This document shows, piece after piece, positions 1 through 13,225 of a stretch of DNA of 64,000 bases. The position numbers and the translations under genes are program-made. The notes beneath the pieces were generated by a model. That model made no database searches and was not told the origin of the DNA. It saw nothing but the letters and a program-made list of their open reading frames with translations. Source of the stretch: the human T2T-CHM13v2.0 reference genome, Homo sapiens; assembly GCF_009914755.1 (NCBI RefSeq), contig NC_060926.1; one strand, 5' to 3'. The stretch's first letter is position 1, and the number at the start of each line of letters is the position of its first letter.

Positions 1-1137
1 AGTATCTTCTTCAGACAGTTATGTCTTCCACTCCATTACATTATACCAATGTTGGCAGGGTGCTCTACAGAAGTCTTCTAAACTTAGTTAAAATCATAAT
101 GGAATGCTTAATAAAATTTTACTGCATTCTGCTATTTGGAAATAATAGAAAGAAATTACAGAGTAAAAAAGAAAAACTCAACATGTCTATTTGACATATT
201 ATTTCTGATGTTTACAGGTCTGTAGGAAACCACTAACTGTTATTCTTTTTTTCTCAGCCTCCACTCTACTTGACAAAGGGTCCACTTTTTTCTCTGATTT
301 CAAAGCACAGTCCTATGTTCTTTCTACCTAGACTCTAGGGTACTGAAACTAAATTAATGGAAAACATATTTTTTGTTTGCTAGTCTTGTCCATATTCTTT
401 ATATACCTAACAATCGACAAAGAATTAACTTTATCCAGTATTAACAATATTTACATTTTAAAGAGGAATAGTGTCTTTCTTAGTTATCTAAAAGCTCATT
501 AATTTAAAATTATAAATTGACGTGACCTTGACCAAACCATTAGTCACATTGCAGTGTTTATCCTAAAAGAAAAAATTACGTGATATCAATATTTCTAGAA
601 AAACCAAAACTGCTTGTATTAGAAAAATGTGCTCAAGTTGTGGAAATAACAGAAAGAAATTACAAGGAGAAAAACAAAAGACCTATTTGACAGTTTACTA
701 CTGAATTCTTTATACGTGGGTAACATAGGTTTTCTGCAGGAACTTGCCTTACTTCTCTTCATCAATGTTTATTTTATAATTATTAGTTTTGAAAACCAAA
801 GCAACATTTCCACACTAATTTTGCTCTTTTCAATGAGATTCTATTACAAAGAATATTAATATGTCACATAGAAAGGAATTTTCTCTCAAATTTTTATCAC
901 CTAATAAATATTTGGTGAGAAAAGTGTTCCTAAAATACCAATCTTTGTTCAGTAATTTTAGCGGAGCCCAGCCCCATGGTGTGTCAGCAGTCAGAGTTAG
1001 AGAAAAACAAGGGTAATGTGCATTTTTTGGGTTGTTGAAAGACTGTGTGGGCTCAATGAGAAAGGGTGAGAAATGACAGAAGAGGAAAGATACCATTAGC
1101 ATTTTTCGCTTCCACCTTCTATTCCTCACATTGTTGT

Positions 1138-1144
<7 letters not shown>

Positions 1145-1173
<29 letters not shown>

Positions 1174-1446
1174 GAGTCTTGCTCTGTTGCCTAGGCTGGA
1201 GTGCAGTGGCTCGATCTCGGCTTACTGCAACCTCCGCCTCCAAGGTTCAAGCGAACCTCCTGCCTCATCCCCCCAGTAGCTGGGATTACAGGCACGCGCC
1301 ACCATGCCCGGCTAATTTTTGTATTTTTACAATATACAGGGTTTCGCCTGTTGGCCAGGCTGGTCTGGAACTCCTGATCTCAGGTGATCCACCCAGGCCA
1401 GCCTCCCAAAGTGCTGGGATTACAGGTGTGAGCCACTGCACTCAGC
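1145..1446 (-). mobile_element. Alu SINE (AluS family), full length
   Basis: Poly-T 1142-1170 followed by antisense Alu dimer; TGTGTTCTTT flanks both sides (1135-1144 and 1447-1456) as a TSD. Confidence 0.93.
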
Positions 1447-3359
1447 TGTGTTCTTTATTTGAAAGCAAATATACACACAAACCTGACGTCCTTACCTCAT
1501 GTCTCTTTATCATAAGGGTGTTTTAATTCTGCCTGGTTGTATTTATGATTATATTTTGTTCATTATTGCCTGTGTTATAATCAATATTGATGGTTTCATT
1601 GTTTTTTCATAAAGAAAAATTATATAAAGGAAGGCTAGAGCCTAACTTTTGAGTTAAAAATAATATATCGTATTTTTCCACTGTAACTGGATAAACATTT
1701 ATCACACCTAAAGTTTAGAAACACTCTGTAAAATATGCTGTGATAGTCACTTGAAGATATTTAATGTTTTATTTTCAATTTAATATATAAAACATTATCT
1801 ACAAGTATATATTAAAATATTCTCATCCTAAAAATTAGAAAACATTATTATGTAAAAAGTAAACATATTTACCTGTTGATAATACTTTTTAAATGTGTTT
1901 GCTCCCTGATATATGAAAAATTTGGTAAGGTAACTTGATTTAGTATGAGTCCTAACCAACTTAGGACTCAAAGTAAATTGCTAATCGTTTATCTATTCAG
2001 TTGTTGTTTTAATGCTTAGATCATTATAGAAGTATTTCTTAATTTACACCCTAAATTTTCAAACACTGAGTTTATATGCTTGTAAGATTAATTTATTTTG
2101 TTGTAGAAGTATATCATATAATCATTTTTATTAAGTCAGCAAATTGCTAGGATCATTATATACATCAAATGTTAAATTTTCAAATGCAAGTATTTAAACT
2201 TTTATTTTATAAATTAAATTAGTCTCTCAGGGACTAAATTTCACCAATGAAAGATAAGAAAATAAAGATATTCTAAAATATTTCCTAATCTTATTACATT
2301 TTTATTTTAAAACTACTAATTAATAATGGATAACATGTTTTAGAATTCTATGTGAAGTACACAACATTTGAAAGGGTTGAATTGTTGATCATATATTGTA
2401 TGAGTCTTCATAGACTTTGTGAAGATCATGTTTGAGATATCATTGATGAGAGTGTGCATCAATTCGTTGATATATACTGAACTTTTTGTGTTATATTGAT
2501 GTCTTAGATATAGTTTCACTTTATTCCCTGGAGCAGTGTCTAATTGATACATGGTAACTGATTCTGTAACTCCATACTTTCAAGAGACTGGACGATCTTT
2601 AAATATAAGGAAGTAGTAGATTCAGAATGCCTAGCAAGTGCCCATAATGCTGTGCACATAAAATTCTTCTATAAATAAAATTGTCTAATCATAAAACCTT
2701 CCAATTTTTTATCATTTTTATGATACTCTGTTTGAGAACAACAATGCATTATTAATTACAAGAAGATCATGTTTTGATATTAACAAGGTGTTCCTAGATT
2801 TAAGATATGGAAAGGAAACAAAGCTTACCCCGTTTCAGTTACTGATGCTATAAATAATAAAATCAAAGGTAACAAAACACTGATGCTGCATTAAGCTTTA
2901 CTCGGTGAAGGGGTATGCCAACCCACATGCCATTAAGAAAAATCAATACTGTTTGTTTAATATGTATTCATATTACTACATATACACCAATTTATTAAAT
3001 TTAAATGCTACATGAAATTTTTCATATGAATATTTTGTCTCTGAGATGACTTGAATACATATATTTTAATCATTACTGATATATTTGTAGTCATTTTTAC
3101 TATTAAAAATTTTTTTATTAACGTATTTTTATTGGCATACTTTTGCCCTTTTAATTCTGTTGGCTTGTTTTTATTTATCTCTCTACTACCCTTCCTTTTA
3201 CTTTTTTGCTAGTTTCAAAAATCTAGATTACACTTTTATTAATTACCCTTGATCTCTAATACACATTTATATATTACTATATTGATAAAATTATTATATA
3301 TTACACGTTAAGCGAATATACTTATCTTTGTGTATTTACTTAAGATATACTTAATATTC

Positions 3360-3622
3360 TTTTTTATTTGTTTTTGAGACAGTCTTGCTCTGTCGCCCAG
3401 GCTGGAGTTCAGTGGCGAGATCTGGGCTCACTGCAAGCTTCGCCTCCCAGGTTCACGCCGTTCCCCTGCCTCAGCCTCCGGAGTAGCTGGGAGTGCAGGT
3501 GCCCGACACCGCGCCCAGCTAATTTTTTGTATTTTTTTGTTTTTAGTAGAGGCGGGGTTTCACCGTGTTAGCCAGGATGGTCTCCATCTCCTGACTTCGT
3601 GATCCCCCCACCTCGGCCTCCA
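3360..3622 (-). mobile_element. Alu SINE (AluY-like), 5'-truncated
   Basis: Antisense Alu with Y-type motifs (GCAAGCT, TTCACGCC, GTGTTAGCCAGGATGG); stops at ...CCTCGGCCTCC, missing the first ~35-40 nt. Confidence 0.88.
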
Positions 3623-3865
3623 AGATTCTTAAGATATACGTAAAAATAGAAGGCTACGATGAAGTTCAAGATTATTTACTGTATCTATTTCCTTTGCCTT
3701 CAAATGAAGTACTTTACATCAGGTGCTTCAATGGCACATTGTGGAAATTCATACCAACCTTCTCTCTGTGTAACCTAGAATTTGAGTTCCATCTATTTAT
3801 AATACACGAAACTACACAACTAGTGTTCTAGTCCAACAAGCTGAAGCATCGGTCTTTTTATGCTC

Positions 3866-3924
3866 GTGTGTGTGTGTGTTTGTGGGTGGGTGGGGGTGTG
3901 TGTGTGTGAGAGAGAGAGAGAGAG
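3866..3924. repeat. Compound (TG)n/(GA)n microsatellite
   Basis: Directly visible TG run with a G-rich interruption followed by a GA run. Confidence 0.9.
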
Positions 3925-5456
3925 AAAATAATGTATTTTTTAACTTGCTATATTTTTTATTTCTATGTATTTTGGACAGAGGACAGGGACCTCAAAGCAT
4001 GATTAAACAATAACTCAATAACTTAAATATGAATCTTTAAGAAGCATTTTAAGATGGAATTATTGTTATGAACAAAGTCAGCTCATGCTCTCTGATATGC
4101 AGATGTTCAAATGAATACTGAATCGTTAATAAAAGCAGAGAGAACACACACACACAAATCTGGCAACTAGGTGCTCATTAAAACAGAAACAGAAATACAT
4201 AGCAAGCTGTGGTCATTCAAAGAGAATTGTGCTACTTTCTCACTCCATACTAGTCTGAAAACTCAGTTATAATTCTGTGCCTAATCTTTCCCAGAAGGCT
4301 CTCAAGTCACTTAATTAAAATGATTCTGAACTAAGAGAAGGAAATGTACTTGCAATTCTCAACTCTAGCAAAGAAATTCCATGGGATTTTACTTCAACCT
4401 TGATTTTCTTTTGTTTTCAAATTTAAAGTGTTTAGTAATTTCACTGTAAAAAAGTAAATTTGCAGTAAATCTAAAATGTAGTCTTTAGTTCAGCACTTGA
4501 ACAAACTTTCTCTTCACAAAATGTATTGTTTTTGCTATGCATTTTAGTCTATGTGGGCATTGACTTTCATTTTAAAAATATATATAGTTCTCTATTCCTT
4601 CAGCATGTAATAAAGTTTAATTAGAAATATGTATGTTTTAACATAAAAACACATTGTGTTATTCATACTATAAACATATATGAATAAAATACTGAAATCT
4701 AGTTTATTAAAAACATGGAGACATTGTGTAATGTTATTTGCCACGTGTTTTTTTTCTGAAAATTTTTGAATGTTTGAAATAATAAACATGGCTGGATTCT
4801 CAAGCCAGACTCACACAAAACACGACCTACCTAGTATCAATCACCCCTAATAATTTCAGGATAATAAGTGAAGCAGTAAGAAATCTGGGGCCTCTAACAG
4901 AACTCCCAAGGTGCTCTAACTCCCTATCAGGATGCATTCATGTCCCAAATTTATATATGAAATCTAAATAATATGTGTGATTGGTATCATTTATACATAA
5001 AGAGCCACTCATGTCATGAAGCATCTTCATGTTATACTCAGATAGGGGTACAGTTTACCTGAAATTTTCCAGGGAGTCATGGCGCCATCAATCAATAGGT
5101 TCCTGCTTCATTTGTCATAGCTCATAGCCAATAGTGAATAATCAGTTTCATCCTGCCAAAAATTTTCTGTAAATAAAAGCTCTGGTATCTTGTTAGCAAA
5201 TACCATGAGCCTGATTGCCAGGAGGTCTGTCATTAGCATGTTTATAATGAAATTTGACAGGATTGGCCTGAATTTTCTTATTTTGAAAACCTGTACCTTA
5301 GCTATTTTTCTCATATAGACAAAACACCATTGGTCAATATGGCAGTTTTAATTCTTTCTTTACAAGCAGTATATTTTTGTTTTCTTGTTTGCTAGATTAG
5401 TTTGTCAATACAGTTAAATGTAGAATAAAAGTCATCCTTACATATAAAAATAATAG

Positions 5457-5827
<371 letters not shown>

Positions 5828-6109
5828 TGGGTTTGATATTCTTTATCAGGCAAGCGAGTTATCTTCTATTCCTTTTGTGAATAGTTTTATTAGAAATATT
5901 TCATACATTTTATCTTAAGTTTATATGTGTGGATATGATTATTAATCTCACTTAACTTCTACTTGTGGTGGGTTTTATTGGTTGCTTAATGTTAATTCTG
6001 AGTTGAATTCCTAGAATAGGTAAAATTTCTCATGTTGTACTATCTTTTTAATATGTGTTAGTAATTGTTAAGGATATTTGTAGTTATGTTTATACAAATG
6101 GGTAGTATT

Positions 6110-6975
6110 AGGTATTTTGTACAATGTCCCTCAACTGGGATTTGCTTAATGATTCTTATGATTAAAATGGGCTATGTTTTGGGGGGAAGAAATACCACAG
6201 AGGAAAATACCAATTTTGTCACATAATATCAAGGGTACATACTATTATCACAAATTGTCATGATTGATTTTGACTTGATTGCCTGGACAAAGTAGTGTGT
6301 CAGGATTCCCCAGTGTTTTTTTCCCCTTTCCATACAGCAATTTTTTCCCCTTTCCATACAGCAATTAGTTACTGTTTTTTTTCCCCTTTCCATACAGCAA
6401 TTTTTGGATTTTTCCCCCCCTTTTTTCCCCTTTCCATACAGCAATTTTTTCCCCTTTCCATACAGCATTTTTTTTCCTGTTTCCATACAGCAATTTTTGG
6501 ATGGAGTCACTCATTATGTGTAGCTCATACTTAATAAGTAAAGTATTATGATCTACCTCCTCAAAGGAAAGTATCTAAATAAATAATTTGGAAATTGTCT
6601 TCCTAGGGAATTTGATCTTTCTCCAACACTTTTTTATTTCAATCATTAATTTATATTAGCATAGACATTCATCTTATACTTTGGTTTGCAATCTAATACT
6701 ACCATATTTTCTTGCTCAAATTATTCCAGCTTTGGCCATTAGGAACTCTTTCCATTGTTTTTTGTATTCCTTTAACACACCCCCATACTTCCATCATTAT
6801 AGTTTCTTTGTTTCTTTATTTGTTTTTAGAAGTTCCTTTCTTTAGGACGCTAGAGTATGGTCTAGGCTCTTTATTCCGTGCCTCAAACCAAGAATCAGCC
6901 ATTTCTTCCAGGAGCCCTGATGACTTTTGCTGGAGAATGTTAGTACAAACCAAGATCTGGGCTCTAGGTCTGTTC
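6110..6975 (-). mobile_element. Old L1 3' region (L1MC-like)
   Basis: Diverged antisense L1MC-type motifs (GGGAAGAAATACCACAGAGG, CAAGAATCAGCCATTTCTTCCAGGAGCCCTG, CCAAGATCTGGGC); boundaries approximate. Confidence 0.6.
6316..6498. repeat. Irregular ~24-25 bp minisatellite, 6 copies of core TTCCATACAGCA
   Basis: Unit T(n)CCCCTTTCCATACAGCAA repeats at ~6328, 6352, 6388, 6432, 6456 and 6481; it explains the repetitive ORFs 6229..6510 and 6295..6534. Confidence 0.92.
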
Positions 6976-9584
6976 CTTAACATTTCAGGGTTATTGCTAA
7001 GCTTTTCAGCTAAGACAGCTTTTTATTTTCTTACTGTAGAGGTTAAAGAGTTCATTGTATATTTGGGGTACAAATCATAAACCATTTAAATGTTTTGTTA
7101 TTTTAATTTAACATCTAAACATGTCAGTTTTTATTCTTGAAAAGACACTATACTTAACCCTGTGTTATTAATGTATATACAGATAATAAAGAATGGTAGA
7201 GCATTAGAAATTTCTTGTATGGGCTTTTGTGATTCTATCTGCACATAAGTGAGTTATATTCTCATACTTTGTATAAACTGCAAAAACAATGTGAAGCTAC
7301 TGTAATAGTGAATATAACAGTGATGAACAGTGAAGAAAAGAGTGTTTTTACTCTCCTTTCCAGTTCAATAGCTCTTTACTTGGAAGTCTGTGGTAAAAAT
7401 TACAACATCACCTGCTTGTGGAATATAGAACACCAACTCCAAAGTAACAGTTTTCGTTATCTATATTCACTGCCTTTCCAGTTCATACCTATACTAAGCC
7501 TGGGGACGTGATAAAGCATTCCTGAATTCAACTGCAAATTGTTTACAAAGTATAAGAAATTGTTATAGATAGTAAGAAATAGAATAAAGGGTCTGAAGAA
7601 GAATTTGGAAAAACTCACTTTGTTTATATTTTACCTTTCTCTAGATTGAATATAAGTGGCTTATAAAGATAGAACTTGAAAATAATTAATAATTTACTTT
7701 TATACAGGACACAATCTTCTTAAGGACAGGATAATATATTAATTGTATTGTTTTCTCATCATCTAACTCTTCTTATTTCTTCCAAAGAAGAAATATCTAT
7801 GAAAAGTACTTCCATGTTTAGTCATTTCTAGTTTTAAAAGTGTGAAAAATGTTGATTGTTTACAACATAAATTTTTTACATGCACATGAAATGGTAAAAG
7901 TTGTAATTGTGTAACTATTTTATGATAATATTTACAATTAGTGGTCATTATAATGTAATTAATAAGCCTTGTGTTTGTAAGTGTGGTTAAACATATTTTT
8001 GTACTAAATATGTGTTTGATTTTATATTCATTAAAATACTTATTCAGTGGTGGTAAGATTATTGAATTTTTTATATAATGACAATCACCATGTTCAAGGA
8101 TTTGACTTAATATAAGATACATGGTTCGTATTAATCATCTTACATGGGCTTCTGTTTTCTATTCTAATTAGTCTACTAGAAGTTCTAACTTCTCAAAAGC
8201 CTATTTTATATGTATTTAAATATAAGATGTATATGTGTGACTATTTGCAGGCATCAAATCTTGGCTTTAGTAGTTTTAACAATAGGCAGATCACTCATTG
8301 AAGTTTGTGTCCCACAGACTTGAGAGGCATAGAAGTGCATTTATTGCTCCAAAATGTATTTTTAATAGGATAATTTTTTAAATGTATAGAATCTCTTTTT
8401 TACTTGCTAACTGATGAATGAAATTTGTGAATGAATTAGTCACACTCGTTTTTCAAAAGTGTGGTCTTTTTCATGGGTGTTCAAATGCAGATGGCATGGA
8501 TTCTAGGGGATTTAAAAAGAAAAATTTTGTTTTTCTAAGTAGAAAATGTTAGTTGAAACCCTTTAGAAGAAGCTATGTTCTACAATAAGAAAGTAGAAAG
8601 AAAAATATACTTGCATATTTAATCCTCTTATAATAGTCTAGTTCATTCTAAAATAAATTGAAAAAGTAATACTTTCAAAGTTATGAGTAACATTTAAAAT
8701 ACATCTTTATACTTATTATTTTTTATTTTAAAATTTGAATCTTATTTGTTTCTGTTTAAGGTGAATATAAATAAATCAAATAATATATTGTTAATGAAAG
8801 TCAAGTGCAAATAATGCCTTGTGTTCTCACAAATTGATATAACTAAGCATTTAGATTGTCGTTTTTCTAATGTTGCAAAAGTAAAGTTTTTCTTTAAATA
8901 AAAGAAAATGAGATACATTTTTAAGATAAATACAATTATTTTTATTTATATTTGCTAGTTCAACCCATCTTCAAATAAAAGTAGCAAATACTAAAAAATG
9001 CTTGAGTAATTTAAGAAACTTTTGGAAATAATAAAAATTATAATTCAGTTTTAAAATAAATAGAATCTAAGAAAAATTTTTACATGAGAGAAAATGGCAA
9101 ATGTGGTGGGTGAATGTCCAGCCCAGTTTAATCAGGACATCAGCTCTGATTCTCTGCAAATATCTCAGTCTTTTCATCTCTGCTATTTTATCCTGCTAGC
9201 TTTGCTCATGTCTGTTTTCTTATTCATCTCTGGTGGAAGATATTAGTTCCCTTCTCTTTGAAAACAAAATGTTTCACATTATGGGATATATTTAGGTACA
9301 GTGCCCCCCTTGAGTGTTATACCACAGAAATGCTGCATATCAATGGTGCTACATATAAATCCCTGAATTTAAAACTACGCGAAGAAGAGTGAGGAGGCTA
9401 ATTCGCTTAAATCAATCTAGTCATATTCCAAGTGTATAGACAGGGGTAGATCACCACAACACTACATACCTGTTATACAATTTGGCAGGGGAATAAATAT
9501 TTCAGAAACAGCTGTAATATCAGTATTTTTTTCTTCTTTTTAAATAGTTCGAACAATTGCTTGCTATTTTCTCATGTCCTGGGT

Positions 9585-9850
9585 GTATTAATGTAGGTCC
9601 TAAAAAACAGAAGCCAAATAAGATTAAATATTCAAAAGATTTATTGGGGAAAATGTCATGAAGAATCTATATATAGGGCAGTTAGCCAGAGAAGACTGGG
9701 AATGCTTTGGGGACTGTGATACAGGACACAGATTTGACACTTGTAAAAGAGAGCGAAATGAAATGGAAGAAGAGTGGATTAGAAAAGTCCATCAGATCCT
9801 CCGCTGGTCAGTACTGCCAGTGCTCCCAAGGGGGGTAATACACATCTGTC
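9585..9850. mobile_element. Ancient ERVL LTR fragment (LTR16-like)
   Basis: AAGATTTATTGGGGAAAATG...TTTGACACTTGTAAAAGAGAG resembles LTR16-family sequence; a similar segment lies at ~10215-10600. Confidence 0.4.
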
Positions 9851-10214
9851 TGTATCCAAACAAAAATGCATGTCTTTCATACTTAGCTTTTAACTCTTTG
9901 TTAATGACTCCCACTTTTTCACTGTCCCTTTGTAGGACTTCAATGCAACCTAGTCGTAACTGGCCAAAGGATGCTGTTCTTGTAGAGATTATTTATTATT
10001 TATCTCCATATGCTTGAACCATTTTGTTTGCAGGGGCATTCTCCTCTACCAGTATAGAATCCTTTAAAAATTAGCTCCCATTTTGAGCCAGGAAGTATCC
10101 ATACATCCTACACTGCTTAAAATGGCATGTAGCAATAGAATCTCTTATAAAACTATCTTAATACCTGTTTCTTAGACCACTCTTGGCATAACTTGTATGT
10201 GTTTGCCTACCTCT

Positions 10215-10600
10215 AAGACTGGATGTGAATGGAAAAAAATACTTATTGGGATAAACGATTACAAAGGATAAAGAAGAGGGAACCAGGGAAGGCAGAGGAA
10301 ACTTCAGATCATAATGCAGGTCTGAAACTTGTTTAGAAGAGAGTGAAGGGAAGGAAAGAGAATTGAAAGAAAGTTTTGGCCAGGCTTATATGGGACCTTT
10401 ACATCAAAGTCATCCACTGCAAAAGTCCTGGCAGTACTTGTAGGAATGCTTCTACATTAGTAATGACATGAGAGAAGTTGGTGGGAAGCATGACTTCAGC
10501 ATGAAAGTGGCAATAGTTCTTCAAGGCAAACATCTGGGGTCATAGGTAAATTATACTTTCCTCAGCAGGAGATCCAAATGGTGAATTTTCATTGCCATCA
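10215..10600. mobile_element. Ancient ERVL LTR fragment (LTR16-like)
   Basis: TTATTGGGATAAACG...CTTCAGATCATAATGCAGGTCTGAAACTTG...GAAGGGAAGG, similar to the 9585-9850 segment. Confidence 0.4.
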
Positions 10601-11062
10601 TTCTTGGTAATAATCCCTAAGTGCATCAATAGTTTGTCATGATATGAAAGGCTTTTGTGATTTAATCAACCGTCATTGAATATTTTTGCTCTAAATATTA
10701 TTGTAAATTCCAGAAAGCCATTCGTGTGTATTAATAATCTAGGAGGTAATGCATTTTCTTCTTTATTTCTCCTTTTATATGTTTTGCTAATTATAAACCT
10801 TGGTCTTAGAAATTGTTAGATAATAATAATATTTTTCAAAATATAAATGAGATTTGAAGTGACTTATCCATATGTATTTATATATATGAGTATATATATA
10901 ATATCACATGACGCTTTCTTATTTTCCATTTGTATACATATTTTAACTTTTTTAAAATCTCCAAATTATACACAAATTTAGCTACCTTTTTCTTCAAATT
11001 ATACTTAAAGACAGTGCCAGGATGCAGCTCATACAAGTTTTGTCATCAGGTGTTGGAAAATA

Positions 11063-11584
11063 TTTTTTATGGTAAAAAAATATGTACTTAGAATTAGCTA
11101 GACTCAGTTTAGCTTATCCTAATTTTATTGGCAACATCCAAACAATCATTGTCAGGAGCCAGTTGAACATATGTATTCTCTTTTTCAGGCCTGATCAGGG
11201 TGTGGACCTTGGCCACATCAGTCTTATAGAGCTTCTTCATAGTCAGTTTGATCTTGTGCTTGTTGGCCTTGACATCCTCAATGAGCACAACTGTGTTGTT
11301 AGCTTCGCTCTTCATGGCAGAATCAGTGGTCAGGGGGAACTTGATGATGGCATAGTGGTCATACTGGTTTCTCCTGGTGCTCTTCTGAGATATTTGGGCT
11401 GCTTTGGAGCCTCAGTGTCCTGGGCCACCAGAAGGTGGGTGATGTGTGGATCATCTTTATGTGTGCCTGTAGATGCCTTCTAGCACTGCATTCTTGGCCT
11501 TCAAATTCTTTGCTTTCCTTTGACTTTGGCTTTGGGAGGACCAGGAGCCTCTTTCATGACCTTCACCTTTTAGTGAAAAGGGTA
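11063..11584 (-). pseudogene. RPL23AP33: RPL23A processed pseudogene (probably RPL23AP33)
   Basis: Intronless antisense copy of RPL23A mRNA, from the 5' TOP-like ACCCTTTTCAC (~11574-11584) to an A-tail remnant near 11063. ORF 11109..11315 gives [18 protein letters not shown]...[16 protein letters not shown]...[17 protein letters not shown], a degraded RPL23A C-terminus; the start codon is lost. The paralog number is from memory of the locus. Confidence 0.92.
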
Positions 11585-12262
11585 CTATTAAATCTAATAT
11601 GCTGTGTCTCAGATGCATTTGATTATGTTACTTAGAGTGCTCTTAATGACAATAAAAAATTTTTAAAGAGTATTTCTGGTCTCAAGTTCTGGTTGAGTTG
11701 TGCTTCTGAATGTTTTCTTTTTTTTACCTTATAAAAACCATAAATCTTGTGACTGATGTTGTTTCTATTGTCACTGTTTTTGTAATAAGCTTAAGGCCAA
11801 ATGTTATGAGTTCCATGAAATTCACTTGACATAATTTTGCTATTTTTGAACTGTTGTTTGTGCTAATACTTTGCCTAAGATACTGCCTACTAGGCTCAGC
11901 CAAGGAATGTACAGTTACAAGGTTTAAAATAATTATGTCAAATGGATCAAATAAAAAAGACTATACCTTAGGTGTCCCTCATTTAGTAAGCAGTTTCCCT
12001 AGAAAAAAATTCTGAGACAATACAGCAGGAACCATGTTCTTAAGAGAGTTTGTAGGTTTTCCACAGCTGCAGCTTTGTCTCAGTAACACAGTAGAAGGTT
12101 TGTTTCTCTGTAATACAGATCTATACTCTTCTAGTTTTATCAGTACTTTCTATTTTTCTTATTCTCCACTATCCCCCAACAATTCCTGTGTGTGATTCAA
12201 TGCTCATCAAATCTGACTCAGTAGAAATCTCCACATATAGAATAAAGATTACTTCAAAAATA

Positions 12263-12591
12263 CAGTCAAGCACCACATCATGACAGTGGACCACATATAT
12301 AGCAATGACCCCATAAGGTTATACTAACTGTATTTTTACTGTACCGTTTCTATGTTTAAGTATGTTTAAATACACGTATACTTACCATTGTGTTACAATT
12401 GCCTACAATATTTAGTGCAGTAACATACTATATAGGCTTGTAGCCTAGGAGCAATAGGCTATACCATAGAGCCTAGGTGTGTAGTAGGTTATACCACCTA
12501 GGTTTGTGTAAGTACACTCTATTATGGTTGCACAGTGACAAAATCACCTAACAATGCATTCCTCGCCCAGTTGTTAAGGGGCACATGACTG
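12263..12591 (+). mobile_element. Tigger3a/MER7-like non-autonomous DNA transposon
   Basis: TA|CAGTC...GACTG|TA termini with TA TSD; internal TAGCCTAGGAGCAATAGGCTATACCATA and AGCCTAGGTGTGTAGTAGG motifs typical of Tigger3. Confidence 0.85.
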
Positions 12592-12699
12592 TAGTATAAG
12601 AGTTTGTAACATTTCTGTGCTCCTACTCTAAACCAGAAACTGTGCTAAGTGTTTATAATACTTTAGTTTATTTCATTTTTATAACTTTTTCAGATTTTC

Positions 12700-12860
12700 T
12701 TTTTTAATCACTTCACTGAGGTATGATTGACATATGAAAAGCAGTACATAGTTAATGTATACAACTTGATGAGTTTGGACATATGTGTGCTTCATGTAGC
12801 CACCACGATTTATGCTATAAACATATCCATCACTGCCAGAAATCATTCCTACTTTTTTTC
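12700..12860 (-). mobile_element. Old L1 3' end fragment (L1MA/MB-like)
   Basis: CTGAGGTATGATTGACATATGAAAAGCAGTACATAGTTAATGTATACAACTTGATGAGTTTGG is an antisense L1M 3'-end motif. Confidence 0.6.
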
Positions 12861-12919
12861 TTTATTACTTTTGTGCATGTGACCACTTTTCAAATATGAT
12901 ACATTCAAATATGACAGAA

Positions 12920-13225
12920 ATAATTAAAATTGCCTCTGTTTGCAGATGATGATCTTAAATAAAGAAAACTCTAAAGATTCCCGAAAAAAACCCTGTTAGA
13001 GCTAATAAATTTATTCAGTAAACTTGCAGGATATAAAATCAACATATAAAAATTAGTTGTGTTTCTACATGCTAACAACAAACTACTCTAAAAGGAAGAT
13101 TTTTAAAATTCAATTTGCAACACCATCAAAAAGAATGAAATACTTAGGAATAAACTTAAACTAGGAGGTGAATTACATGTATAATGAAAACTACAAAATA
13201 CTGATAAAATAAATCAAACAAAAAT
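12920..13225 (+). mobile_element. Old L1 ORF2 (RT) fragment
   Basis: CTCTGTTTGCAGATGATGA (LFADD region) and GCAGGATATAAAATCAAC (AGYKIN) in sense orientation. Confidence 0.7.

Noticed and set aside
1131-1526. 131-aa ORF and similar ORFs at 5392-5736, 15327-15734, 25626-25983, 49242-49568 and 53494-53826
   Set aside because: These are translations of Alu sequence with typical Alu-derived peptides, and there is no independent gene structure.
1946-1970. Perfect 10-bp inverted repeat TGAGTCCTAA-ccaac-TTAGGACTCA
   Set aside because: It is too short for a pre-miRNA or MITE, and one such hairpin in 64 kb is plausible by chance.
6229-6534. Repetitive ORFs and a CRISPR-like look of the repeat array
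   Set aside because: The units are tandem without unique equal-length spacers, the context is eukaryotic and there are no cas genes; it is a minisatellite.
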